From Actinomycetes bacterium (GTDB taxonomy: Bacteria > Actinomycetota > Actinomycetes > JAHEKZ01): a stretch of DNA of 64,000 nt. Below are positions 56,200-64,000 of the stretch, in pieces; position 1 is the first letter of the stretch, and every line of letters starts with the position of its first letter. The translations under genes and the position numbers were made by a program. The notes under the pieces were generated by a model. The model saw only the letters and a list, made by a program, of their open reading frames with translations. It was not told the origin of the DNA and ran no database searches. The stretch lies in NCBI GenBank assembly GCA_027118455.1, contig JAJAYZ010000044.1, positions 164 to 64,163 of the forward strand, read 5' to 3'.

Positions 56200-57380
56200 G
56201 CTGCACCTTCATGGGGGTGCAGTCGGATGATGGGCTGACCGGGGGCGATCGGGTCGCCGTCCTCGACGAGCCACTCAACGACGGTGCCGCCGTGGGGGGC
56301 CAGGACGGTTTGCTCGTCGCGGTTGGTCTGGACGTGCCCGACCTTGTTGCCTGGCTCGAGTTCGTCGCCAACGCTGGCGTCACCACGATGGAAGATCCCC
56401 TTCGCCGGGGCAACGAGCATGCGCCACGATGGGGAGGTGTCGAGCGGGCTCGGGGTGCCGTGGCGTTCGACGAGGTCGCGTGCTGCGTCGAGGTCGTCTG
56501 GGGTCTTGAGTGCGACTACCTCGATGCCTGGAATGGCTCGCTTAGCAAGCCCTGCCAGGGTTCCCGCAGGCGGGACCTCGATCATTGCTGTGACACCGAG
56601 ATCGACCATCGCCTGCATGCAAAGGTCCCAGCGCACGGGGTTGCTCAACTGCATGACCAGCTTGGTGAGGTATTCGCGTCCGCTTTGGACGACCCCGCCG
56701 TCTGCGTTGGAAAGGAGCCGCGTGCGGGCGTCGTGGGTGTAGATCGCGCGGGCGAAGCCACCCATGGTGTTCACCGCTGGGGCCATGTGCTTGGTGTGGA
56801 ATGCGCCAGCCACGGCCAGGGGCCGGAGCCGGGCGCCCTCTGGCGGGTCGTCCTGGAAGGCGGCGAGCTCGTCCATCGTGCCGGCCGCGACGATCTGGCC
56901 AGCCCCGTTGACGTTGGCGGCCGCGAGGCCGTGCTTGTCGATGGCGGCCAGGACGGTGTCAGCGTCGCCGCCAAGGACAGCGGTCATCCCGGTCTTGGTG
57001 ACGGCGGCTGCCGCAGCCATGGCCTTACCGCGCTCACGCACGAAGACCATCGCCTGCTCGGCTGACATGACTCCGGTCGCAGCTGCAGCGGTGATCTCGC
57101 CGACGGAGTGCCCTGCGCCGACACCGACCTTGCCGAAGGCATCCGCGGGGTGTGGAAAAAGGCTCAGAAGCGACACCAGGCCGCTGGCCACGATGAGGGG
57201 TTGAGCGATGGCAGTGTCGCGGATGGTGTCAGCGTCTGCCTCAGTGCCGTAGTGCACGAGATCGAGATCGGCCACCGCCGAGAGCCATCGGAGCCGGTCC
57301 TCGAAGCCGGGGAGTTCCAGCCAAGGAGAGAGGAAGCCAGGAGCCTGGGCGCCCTGTCCGGGCGCGACGATGACGAGCAC
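56196..57380 (-). CDS. fabD: malonyl-CoA:ACP transacylase fused to a C-terminal biotinyl/lipoyl-like barrel lacking the modifiable Lys
   Basis: Residues 1-305 are canonical FabD (GQGAQ; GHSVGE; VAGAFHT). Residues ~315-390 read LVAPAKGIFHRGDASVGDELEPGNKVGHVQTNRDEQTVLAPHGGTVVEWLVEDGDPIAPGQPIIRLHP, which aligns by eye with BCCP/lipoyl domains but has NRDE where (A/E)MKM would be. Confidence 0.88.
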   Translation of the reverse strand: MLVIVAPGQGAQAPGFLSPWLELPGFEDRLRWLSAVADLDLVHYGTEADADTIRDTAIAQPLIVASGLVSLLSLFPHPADAFGKVGVGAGHSVGEITAAAATGVMSAEQAMVFVRERGKAMAAAAAVTKTGMTAVLGGDADTVLAAIDKHGLAAANVNGAGQIVAAGTMDELAAFQDDPPEGARLRPLAVAGAFHTKHMAPAVNTMGGFARAIYTHDARTRLLSNADGGVVQSGREYLTKLVMQLSNPVRWDLCMQAMVDLGVTAMIEVPPAGTLAGLAKRAIPGIEVVALKTPDDLDAARDLVERHGTPSPLDTSPSWRMLVAPAKGIFHRGDASVGDELEPGNKVGHVQTNRDEQTVLAPHGGTVVEWLVEDGDPIAPGQPIIRLHPHEGAA

Positions 57381-57446
57381 GTAACCACCTTGGCGTACTG
57401 GACGACGTTTACCGGTACCGGCGCCGACGAAGCGGACCCGGTGCGG

Positions 57447-57463
57447 TTGTAGGAACCCTACAA
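57447..57463. promoter_or_regulatory. palindrome TTGTAGG-AAC-CCTACAA upstream of fabD
   Basis: Read directly. 67-83 nt upstream of the fabD ATG (57380). Overlaps the stop codon of the PucR/FasR-like regulator gene. Confidence 0.35.
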
Positions 57464-58702
57464 CGAGTGGTCGGTGCGCTGGTCGAGTCGTCCCACCGTC
57501 AGAGCTACCCGCAACGTGAAGGCGTCCCGCGGCTCAGTTGGCACGAGTCCGCTGACCTCGGCGATTCGACGCAACCGGTAGCGCACGGTGTTGGCGTGCA
57601 CGAACAGGGCTCGCGCTGCCGCCTCGAGGGAGGCCGACTGTTCGAGGACAGCGGCCGCGGTCTCGAGCAGCCCGCCGCCCGCGGCGACCAGTGGCCGGTA
57701 GACGTGGTCGACGAGGGCCCGCCTGGCATGCACGTCACCGTCGAGCGCTCGTTCGGGCAGCAGCGCGTTTGCCGAAACGGGGCGGGGAGCCTCCGGCCAG
57801 CCGGGTGCGGCCCGGAGACCGGCGCGGGCGGCGGCCACTGAGCGGGCTGCGGCCGCAAGGTCATCGACGACCGGACCGACCACTACTGGCCCATCGCCGA
57901 ACTGTGGAACGAGGGGTCCGGCGGCGGCCACCGGGTCGTTGGGGTTGCTGAGCGTGCCGCCCAGAATGCAGACGAGCTCGTGTCCGTGGACGCCGGAGAC
58001 CACATCGAGGCCGGCGTGCCGGGCCGCGCGGCGCAGAGCGTCGACGACCGTTGCCGCCGTCGCGTCTGGGGGAGAGCCAGCGATCGCAAAAACGTGTGGG
58101 GAGCGCGACCAGCCGAGCGCGGCGGCGCGCGACAGGTCGTCATCGCCGATGTCGCCACGCATCAGGGCGTCCGCGACCAAGGCTTCCAGCCGGGCGTCCC
58201 ATGCGCCGCGCACCTCGGCCGCTTGGGCGTAGACCTCTGCTGCGGCGAAGGCGACCTCGCGGGCGAAGACGAGGACAGCTTCACGCAGCTGCGCTTCGTC
58301 ACCCGGCTCGGCCAGCTCAGCGGAGTGCTCCTCGACGACCTCGATCGTGGTCCGGACTAGCTCAACGGTTTGCTGCAGGGTCACCGCGCGGGCCAGCTCG
58401 CGGGGCGCCGAACCGAACACTTCGGCGGTGATGGCGCGGGCGGCGTCCGGTCGGCGGCTCCAGGCGACGAACGCGCCGATCCCGGCCTGGGCGACGAGGG
58501 TGATCCACGAGCGGTCCTCGGCCGACATGGTGCGGAACCACGGCAGCGTCGCCTCGACGCGGCTCATCGCCTCGCTGGCGAGGTCACCGGAGGCGCGTTC
58601 AATCCTGGTGATGGTGGCGGCGCTGGCCCTGGCTGGTGGCACGACGGCAGGGTAGGCGTCCACTGGACGCGGCCAGCGCCTGGGGTTGTCGCACCCGCAC
58701 AA
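57458..58702 (-). CDS. PucR-type (FasR-like) transcriptional regulator of the fab operon
   Basis: C-terminal PucR HTH (LFVHANTVRYRLRRIAEVSG). Its position immediately upstream of fabD-fabH-acpP-fabF matches Streptomyces FasR. The exact start is uncertain (58702 or internal). Confidence 0.8.
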   Translation of the reverse strand: MCGCDNPRRWPRPVDAYPAVVPPARASAATITRIERASGDLASEAMSRVEATLPWFRTMSAEDRSWITLVAQAGIGAFVAWSRRPDAARAITAEVFGSAPRELARAVTLQQTVELVRTTIEVVEEHSAELAEPGDEAQLREAVLVFAREVAFAAAEVYAQAAEVRGAWDARLEALVADALMRGDIGDDDLSRAAALGWSRSPHVFAIAGSPPDATAATVVDALRRAARHAGLDVVSGVHGHELVCILGGTLSNPNDPVAAAGPLVPQFGDGPVVVGPVVDDLAAAARSVAAARAGLRAAPGWPEAPRPVSANALLPERALDGDVHARRALVDHVYRPLVAAGGGLLETAAAVLEQSASLEAAARALFVHANTVRYRLRRIAEVSGLVPTEPRDAFTLRVALTVGRLDQRTDHSL

Positions 58703-58726
58703 TCCCGGCGCATTTCCCCCTCGGTG

Positions 58727-59500
58727 TCACGCCACCGTTGAGTGCATCTCCCACACCAGCACTTCGGCAGGTGCGCGCGCCACGATCCGCTGACCTTCTG
58801 CGCCGGTGAACCGCACGCTGTCGCCGGCGCCGATCCGACCCCCACCCTCAACGTCGACCTCCCCCTTGGCGACGTACAGGTGCACCCAGGGTGCGGTCGG
58901 TAGCTGCACATACCGTCCTGGTTCCAGTCTCGCCGCGTGAAATGCTGCATTCTGCTGACTGATCCGAATGGCCAACTGGTCTGCGTGCTTGGCCATGCCG
59001 GAGGCGACGGTCACCAATCCTCGGGCCCTCAGTTCCTCGCCAATGTCGAACTGCTCGTAGCCGGGATTGATGTTCGGCTCGTCTGGCAGCACCCACATTT
59101 GCACGAAGTGAACCGGGTCGACGTGCTCTGGCTCACCGCTCGACGTCCAAGAGTCGTTCTTCTCCGAATGCAGAATACCGGTGCCAGCACTCATGCGCTG
59201 GGCGAGCCCTGGGTAGATGACTCCCGAATGACCTGTCGAGTCCTGGTGCACCAAGGATCCGTCGAGCACCCACGTGACGATCTCCATGTCGCGGTGGGGA
59301 TGTGTCTCAAACCCCGATCCTGGGGCCACGATGTCGTCATTACTGACGAGGAGCAGCCCGAAGTGCGTGTTGTCTGGGTCGTAGTGCTGGCCGAAGGAGA
59401 AGGAGTGTTTGGAGTCCAGCCATCCCCAGTCAGTGGCAAAGCGGTCGGACGCGGGGTGCAGGTCGATGATGGTCACGCTCTGATTCTCGTTGGCAACCAC
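58727..59500 (-). CDS. pirin family protein
   Basis: Bicupin with the metal motif FETHPHRDMEIVTWVLDGSLVHQDS. Confidence 0.9.
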   Translation of the reverse strand: MVANENQSVTIIDLHPASDRFATDWGWLDSKHSFSFGQHYDPDNTHFGLLLVSNDDIVAPGSGFETHPHRDMEIVTWVLDGSLVHQDSTGHSGVIYPGLAQRMSAGTGILHSEKNDSWTSSGEPEHVDPVHFVQMWVLPDEPNINPGYEQFDIGEELRARGLVTVASGMAKHADQLAIRISQQNAAFHAARLEPGRYVQLPTAPWVHLYVAKGEVDVEGGGRIGAGDSVRFTGAEGQRIVARAPAEVLVWEMHSTVA

Positions 59501-59554
59501 GTACGGCGCACACTCGACAGCAGAAACCGGCGCCCAGGGAGACAGGCGGCGAGG

Positions 59555-60403
59555 CTAGGGGGTGAGGGTGGCGGCGTGGTCGGGAACGTAGCTGAAGTGC
59601 TCCTTGCCGGGACGCTGATACCCCTGAGAGGGCGGCCGTTTGGGGAGCTTTACCAGGGTTGGCTCAACCTCGCTGTAGGGGAGTGTGGTCAGCAGGTGAG
59701 CAATCATGTTGATCCGCGCGCGCCGTTTGTCGCCAGCTTCGACGACGAACCAGGGAGCCTCTGGGATATCGGTGTGCACAAACATCTCGTCTTTCGCGCG
59801 TGAATAGGCCTCCCACCGTTTGATCGACTCGACGTCCATCGGGGAGAGCTTCCACCGGCGTAGTGGGTCGTGCAGGCGGGACTGAAACCGGCGTTCCTGT
59901 TCGTCCAGACTCACGCTGAACCAGTACTTACGCAGGGCGATTCCCTCTTCTACAAGCATGCGCTCGAAGATTGGAGCCTGGTGCAGGAAGCGTCGGTATT
60001 CCTCATCGGTACAGAACTCCATGACTCGCTCAACGCCAGCGCGGTTGTACCAACTGCGGTCGAAGAAAACGATCTCGCCAGCTGCGGGCAGGTGCTCGAT
60101 GTAGCGCTGGAAGTACCACTCTGTGCGTTGTCGCTCCGTGGGCGACGGCAGCGCGATAATCCGGGCAACGCGGGGGTTCAGGTACTGGGTGATGCGCTTG
60201 AGCGTGCCACCCTTGCCTGCGGCATCGCGACCCTCGAAGACGATGACAACACGTTGACCGGTGGAGCGCACCCACTCCTGCAGCTGGCCCAGCTCGGTCT
60301 GCAGGCGATACAGCTCCTGCTCGTAGACTTTCTTACTCAGCTTGGAGACACGATCCTCGGCGTCGAGCGACTCGTTGTTGTCCTCCGGTAGGTGTTTGGT
60401 CAT
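59555..60403 (-). CDS. ppk2: polyphosphate kinase 2
   Basis: FEGRDAAGKGG (Walker A), FDRSWYNRAGVE (lid), WKLSPMD. Start at ATG 60403, 8 nt after the aceE stop. Confidence 0.9.
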   Translation of the reverse strand: MTKHLPEDNNESLDAEDRVSKLSKKVYEQELYRLQTELGQLQEWVRSTGQRVVIVFEGRDAAGKGGTLKRITQYLNPRVARIIALPSPTERQRTEWYFQRYIEHLPAAGEIVFFDRSWYNRAGVERVMEFCTDEEYRRFLHQAPIFERMLVEEGIALRKYWFSVSLDEQERRFQSRLHDPLRRWKLSPMDVESIKRWEAYSRAKDEMFVHTDIPEAPWFVVEAGDKRRARINMIAHLLTTLPYSEVEPTLVKLPKRPPSQGYQRPGKEHFSYVPDHAATLTP

Positions 60404-60410
60404 GATCCCC

Positions 60411-63146
60411 TCAGGTGTCACCCATGCTTGCTCCCGGGTCTGCGGCTCGTGGGTCGTCGAGCTGGTACCGGTCGAAGGCTTCCTTGACAGTCTCGCGCTT
60501 GACCTCGCCACGTCTGGCAAGTTCTTGCAGGGTCCGCACCGTAATGGCCTCGGCGTCAATCCGGAAGTGGCGCCGCAGCGCTCCCCGGGTGTCCGACAGG
60601 CCGAAGCCATCGGTACCGAGGGTGACGTAGTCACCGGGAACCCACGGGCGGATCAGCTCTTGAACAGCTCGCTGGTAGTCCGAGACAGCGACCACGGGGC
60701 CGTCGACGTCGGCGAGCCGACTGGTCACATAGGCCACCTGAGGTTCGGACGCCGGGGCAAGCAGGTTGGCATCGTCGGCTCTCAGCCCGTCGCGGTGCAG
60801 CTCAACCCACGATGTCACCGACCAGACATCGGCGGCGACACCCCAGTCGGCGGCGAGTAGCTGTTGCGCACGCAACGCAGCTGGCATCGCGGACCCGCTG
60901 GCCAACACCTGTGCCCGTACCTCGAACTCGCTAGTGGCGGGGCGGTAGCAGTGGAGCCCGCGAAGCAGGCCGTCGACGTCGAGATCTGCGGGCTCGGCCG
61001 GTTGGTCGATGGGCTCGTTATACATCGTCAGGTAGTAGAAAATGTTCTCGGAGTCTTCGCCGTACATGCGACGAAGCCCGTCGCGCACGATGTGCCCAAT
61101 CTCGAAGGCGAATGCCGGGTCGTACGAAACCGCAGCGGGGTTGGTTGCCGCGATCAGGTGCGAGTGCCCGTCCTCGTGTTGCAGCCCCTCGCCGTTGAGT
61201 GTGGTGCGCCCGGCGGTTGCGCCGACGAGGAACCCTCGGGTCATCTGGTCGGCGGCTGCCCAGAGCGAGTCAGCGGTGCGCTGGAACCCGAACATCGAGT
61301 AGAAGATGTAGATCGGGATCATCGGTTCGTCATGGGTGGAGTACGAGCTGCCAGCCGCAATGAAGGACGACACTGACCCGGCCTCGCTGATTCCTTGGTG
61401 CAACAGCTGGCCGTCGGTTGCTTCCTTGTACGACAGCATCAGCTCACGATCGACGGAAACGTACGTTTGGCCGTGCGGGTTGTAGATCTTCTGCACCGGG
61501 AACATCGCATCCATGCCGAAGGTCCGTGCCTCGTCCGGGATGATCGGAACGATGCGATGACCGATCTCTGGGTCTTTGAGGAGGTCCTTGAGCAACCGGA
61601 CGAACGCCATTGTCGTTGCCACGTGCTGCTTACCTGAGCCGCGCCTGGCCGCGTCGTAGGAGGCGTCACCAGGAAGCACAAGTGGTCGGCTGGTGGTGCG
61701 TCGCTTGGGCAGGTGACCGCCCAAAGCCTGTCGGCGTTCCTGGAGGTAGCGGGTGACGTCGCTGTCTTTGTCCGGCCGGTAGTAGGGCGGCAGTTTCGCG
61801 TCAATCTGGTCATCATCGATCGGGATCTTCAACCGGTCGCGGAAGTCCTTGAGGTCGTCGAGGCTGAGCTTCTTCATCTGGTGCGTCGAGTTACGCCCTT
61901 CGAAGTGTGACCCGAGGGTCCAACCCTTGATGGTCTTGGCCAAGACCACCGTCGGCTGGCCCTTGTGCTCGACGGCGGACTGGTAAGCGGCGTGCAGTTT
62001 GCGGTGATCGTGCCCACCGCGCTGGAGCGCCCAGATCTCGTCGTCGGTCCACTCCTCGACCATCTTCTGGGTGCGCGGGTCACGGCCGAAGAAGTGCTCC
62101 CGGACGAAGGCGCCGTTCTCGGACTTGTAGGTCTGGAAGTCGCCGTCGGGCGTCGCGTTCATGATGTTGACAAGCGCGCCGGCGGAGTCCTGGGCGAGCA
62201 ACGGGTCCCAGCTGCGGCCCCAGATCACCTTAATGACGTTCCAGCCCGCGCCACGGAAGAACGCCTCGAGCTCTTGGATGATCTTTCCGTTGCCGCGTAC
62301 CGGTCCGTCCAGACGCTGCAAGTTGCAGTTGATGACGAAGGTCAGGTTGTCGAGCTCTTCGCGCGCTGCGAGACCGATGGAGCCGAGTGACTCGACCTCG
62401 TCCATCTCGCCGTCACCGAGAAACGCCCACACGTGCTGGTCGGAGGTGTCCTTGATCCCGCGGTTGTGGAGGTAGCGGTTGAACTGCGCCTGGTAGATGG
62501 CGTTGATCGACCCGAGGCCCATCGACACGGTTGGGAACTGCCAGAAGTCGGGCATCAGGCGAGGGTGCGGGTAGGAGGGCAAGCCTCCGCCAGGGTGCGA
62601 CAACTCCTGTCGGAAGCCGTCCATCCGATCTTCGTCGAGGCGGCCCTCAAGGAACGCCCGCGCGTAGATACCCGGCGACGCGTGGCCCTGGATGTAGATC
62701 TGGTCACCCCCACCGGGGTGGTCCGAGCCCCGGAAGAAGTGGTTGAAACCGACCTCATAGAGAGAGGCGCTCGAGGCGTAGGTAGAGATGTGTCCGCCAA
62801 CACCGACCCCGGGCCGTTGGGCGCGGTGCACCATGATCGCTGCGTTCCAGCGCATGTAGGCCCGGAGTCGTCGCTCCACCCACTCGTCGCCTGGGAACCA
62901 CGGCTCCTGCTCGGGAGTGATCGTGTTGAGGTAGTCGGTAGTGGTCAACGAGGGGACGCCGACGTTTCGTTGCCGTGCCCGCTGCAGCAGGCTGAGCATG
63001 AGGTACCTCGCGCGGTATGCGCCCTGGGTGTCGATGACGTCATCGAGGGAGTCGCGCCACTCTTGCGTCTCCTCAGGGTCGACGTCGACGAGCTGCGTTG
63101 GCAGGCCAGCGCTGATCAGGGGCTCGCGTTCACGTCCGGTGTTCAC
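60411..63146 (-). CDS. aceE: pyruvate dehydrogenase E1 component, homodimeric type
   Basis: 911 aa with the ThDP motif [12 protein letters not shown]...[11 protein letters not shown] and AceE-type termini. Confidence 0.95.
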   Translation of the reverse strand: MNTGREREPLISAGLPTQLVDVDPEETQEWRDSLDDVIDTQGAYRARYLMLSLLQRARQRNVGVPSLTTTDYLNTITPEQEPWFPGDEWVERRLRAYMRWNAAIMVHRAQRPGVGVGGHISTYASSASLYEVGFNHFFRGSDHPGGGDQIYIQGHASPGIYARAFLEGRLDEDRMDGFRQELSHPGGGLPSYPHPRLMPDFWQFPTVSMGLGSINAIYQAQFNRYLHNRGIKDTSDQHVWAFLGDGEMDEVESLGSIGLAAREELDNLTFVINCNLQRLDGPVRGNGKIIQELEAFFRGAGWNVIKVIWGRSWDPLLAQDSAGALVNIMNATPDGDFQTYKSENGAFVREHFFGRDPRTQKMVEEWTDDEIWALQRGGHDHRKLHAAYQSAVEHKGQPTVVLAKTIKGWTLGSHFEGRNSTHQMKKLSLDDLKDFRDRLKIPIDDDQIDAKLPPYYRPDKDSDVTRYLQERRQALGGHLPKRRTTSRPLVLPGDASYDAARRGSGKQHVATTMAFVRLLKDLLKDPEIGHRIVPIIPDEARTFGMDAMFPVQKIYNPHGQTYVSVDRELMLSYKEATDGQLLHQGISEAGSVSSFIAAGSSYSTHDEPMIPIYIFYSMFGFQRTADSLWAAADQMTRGFLVGATAGRTTLNGEGLQHEDGHSHLIAATNPAAVSYDPAFAFEIGHIVRDGLRRMYGEDSENIFYYLTMYNEPIDQPAEPADLDVDGLLRGLHCYRPATSEFEVRAQVLASGSAMPAALRAQQLLAADWGVAADVWSVTSWVELHRDGLRADDANLLAPASEPQVAYVTSRLADVDGPVVAVSDYQRAVQELIRPWVPGDYVTLGTDGFGLSDTRGALRRHFRIDAEAITVRTLQELARRGEVKRETVKEAFDRYQLDDPRAADPGASMGDT

Positions 63147-63299
63147 GCTTGTATCGCCTCACTTCGTGCGGGCAGTCGATCGGTACTCTCGTAGCCTACG
63201 CGCGGCCGAAGGTCCCTTCCGTCCGCCTCTTGGGTGGGGCACGCTGGGAGGTGTCCGGTTCGCTGGCGTACCCGCTGGCGCCTCGTCAAGGAGGTCGCC

Positions 63300-63497
63300 A
63301 TGCAGGCCAAGGTCGGAGAGACCCTGATCATGAAGTCGCACCATGTGGGTGAGCCAGACCGCAGCGCAGAGATCATCGAGGTGCGTGGCGAAGCCGGAGC
63401 CCCACCGTTCCTCGTGCGCTTTGAGGATGGTCACGAAGGGCTGGTCTTTCCCGGCGCGGACGCAGTGATCCACCATCAGGACGCCGCAGGGGCCTGA
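63300..63497 (+). CDS. DUF1918 domain protein
   Basis: AAGGAGG upstream of ATG 63300. MQAKVGETLIMKSHHVGEPDRSAEIIEVRGEAGAPPFLVRFEDGHEGLVFPG is the DUF1918 pattern. Confidence 0.7.
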   Translation: MQAKVGETLIMKSHHVGEPDRSAEIIEVRGEAGAPPFLVRFEDGHEGLVFPGADAVIHHQDAAGA

Positions 63498-63625
63498 ATT
63501 GCTCTCGTCGGCGCGCACGACTCCCTTCCCGAAGATGGCCCGATGTGCTTGCGTGTCGGTCCCGGCTGTAATGGACTAGACGGGTGGACCCTGCCGAGGG
63601 TCCCGTTGAATCGGGAGGGGCGTGC

Positions 63626-64000
63626 GTGAGCGGGAGCGACGGGCCGGAGGGCGCGCCGAACAGTCCAGCCGCGCGTATGGGCTTTGCGGCCGGCCAGGTG
63701 GTCCTCGAGATCGGCTTTGACGAGGACGCCGACGCCCCGTTGCGTGCCGGCATCGAGCTGGCCATCGGTGCAGCGGTGGTTGGGGAGGACTTCGATGACG
63801 TCGCCGACGTCGTCGTGCTGTGGTGGCGTGAGGATGACGGCGACCTCGTCGACGCCCTGGTGGACGGCTTGTCGGCGATCACCTCCGGGGGAGTGGTGTG
63901 GCTCTTCACCCCGAAGGCGGGTCGTGACGGTCACGTCGAGCCCAGTGAGATCGGCGAAGCTGCGCGTACCGCGGGGCTCTCGTCCACCAAGAGCACGAGC
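63626..64000 (+). CDS. DUF3052 family protein, 3' end beyond the window
   Basis: The frame is open from GTG 63626 to the window end and is not in the track. ...MGFAAGQVVLEIGFDEDADAPLRAGIE...DVVVLWWREDDGDLVDALVD... is typical of DUF3052, which usually follows aceE in actinobacteria. Confidence 0.65.
   Translation, partial: MSGSDGPEGAPNSPAARMGFAAGQVVLEIGFDEDADAPLRAGIELAIGAAVVGEDFDDVADVVVLWWREDDGDLVDALVDGLSAITSGGVVWLFTPKAGRDGHVEPSEIGEAARTAGLSSTKSTS

Noticed and set aside
1-64000. CRISPR arrays, rRNA genes, intact insertion sequences, integrases or prophage genes.
   Set aside because: None were seen on either strand. The only mobile-element trace is the IS3 OrfA relic at 28459..28647.

Overview
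This window is a 64-kb stretch of a high-GC (roughly 68-70% by eye) actinobacterial chromosome with about 70 genes. No taxon can be assigned from sequence alone.

The region from 0 to 45 kb is accessory and rich in nitrogen-compound catabolism. It contains:
- a copper amine oxidase with a divergent orphan polyamine-type binding protein;
- a Ku / stand-alone LigD-polymerase NHEJ pair;
- a P-loop ATPase plus an orphan gamma-class N6-adenine methyltransferase behind an AT-rich palindromic promoter;
- a class-III aminotransferase and a GNAT;
- an amidohydrolase plus a potABCD-type importer;
- a two-gene urease (ureAB fusion + ureC) with no accessory genes in the window;
- tRNA-Met followed by a small degraded islet with an IS3 OrfA relic;
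- a nitrilase, a succinate-semialdehyde dehydrogenase (SSADH) and a TreT-like glycosyltransferase;
- an IclR-linked cluster that reads as a gamma-butyrobetaine/L-carnitine degradation module (CaiD-like hydratase, acyl-CoA dehydrogenase, two hotdog thioesterases, L-carnitine dehydrogenase, BKACE, a beta-keto acid cleavage enzyme).

Between them, 44.6-50.8 kb holds an ABC-F ATPase, the AbiEi/DUF559-like gene, an amidase and an SDR + DUF2867 protein.

The region from 50 to 64 kb is conserved core: DUF456, DUF3145, acyl-CoA carboxylase beta, fabF-acpP-fabH-fabD with a PucR/FasR-like regulator, pirin, PPK2, aceE, DUF1918 and DUF3052.

Main observations:
1. There are 9-10 disrupted genes in the first 38 kb. 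They carry seven in-frame stop codons, several frameshifts and two reciprocal truncations.
2. FabD carries a C-terminal biotinyl/lipoyl-like domain that lacks the modifiable lysine.
3. Two 62-nt hairpin-forming direct repeats with a compensatory base change flank an AbiEi/DUF559-like gene.
4. A lysyl-oxidase-like gene and a flavin amine oxidase gene are both truncated and abut tail to tail.

No CRISPR array, rRNA or intact mobile element was found. All family calls are made by eye and from memory of family signatures, so they need HMM or BLAST confirmation.
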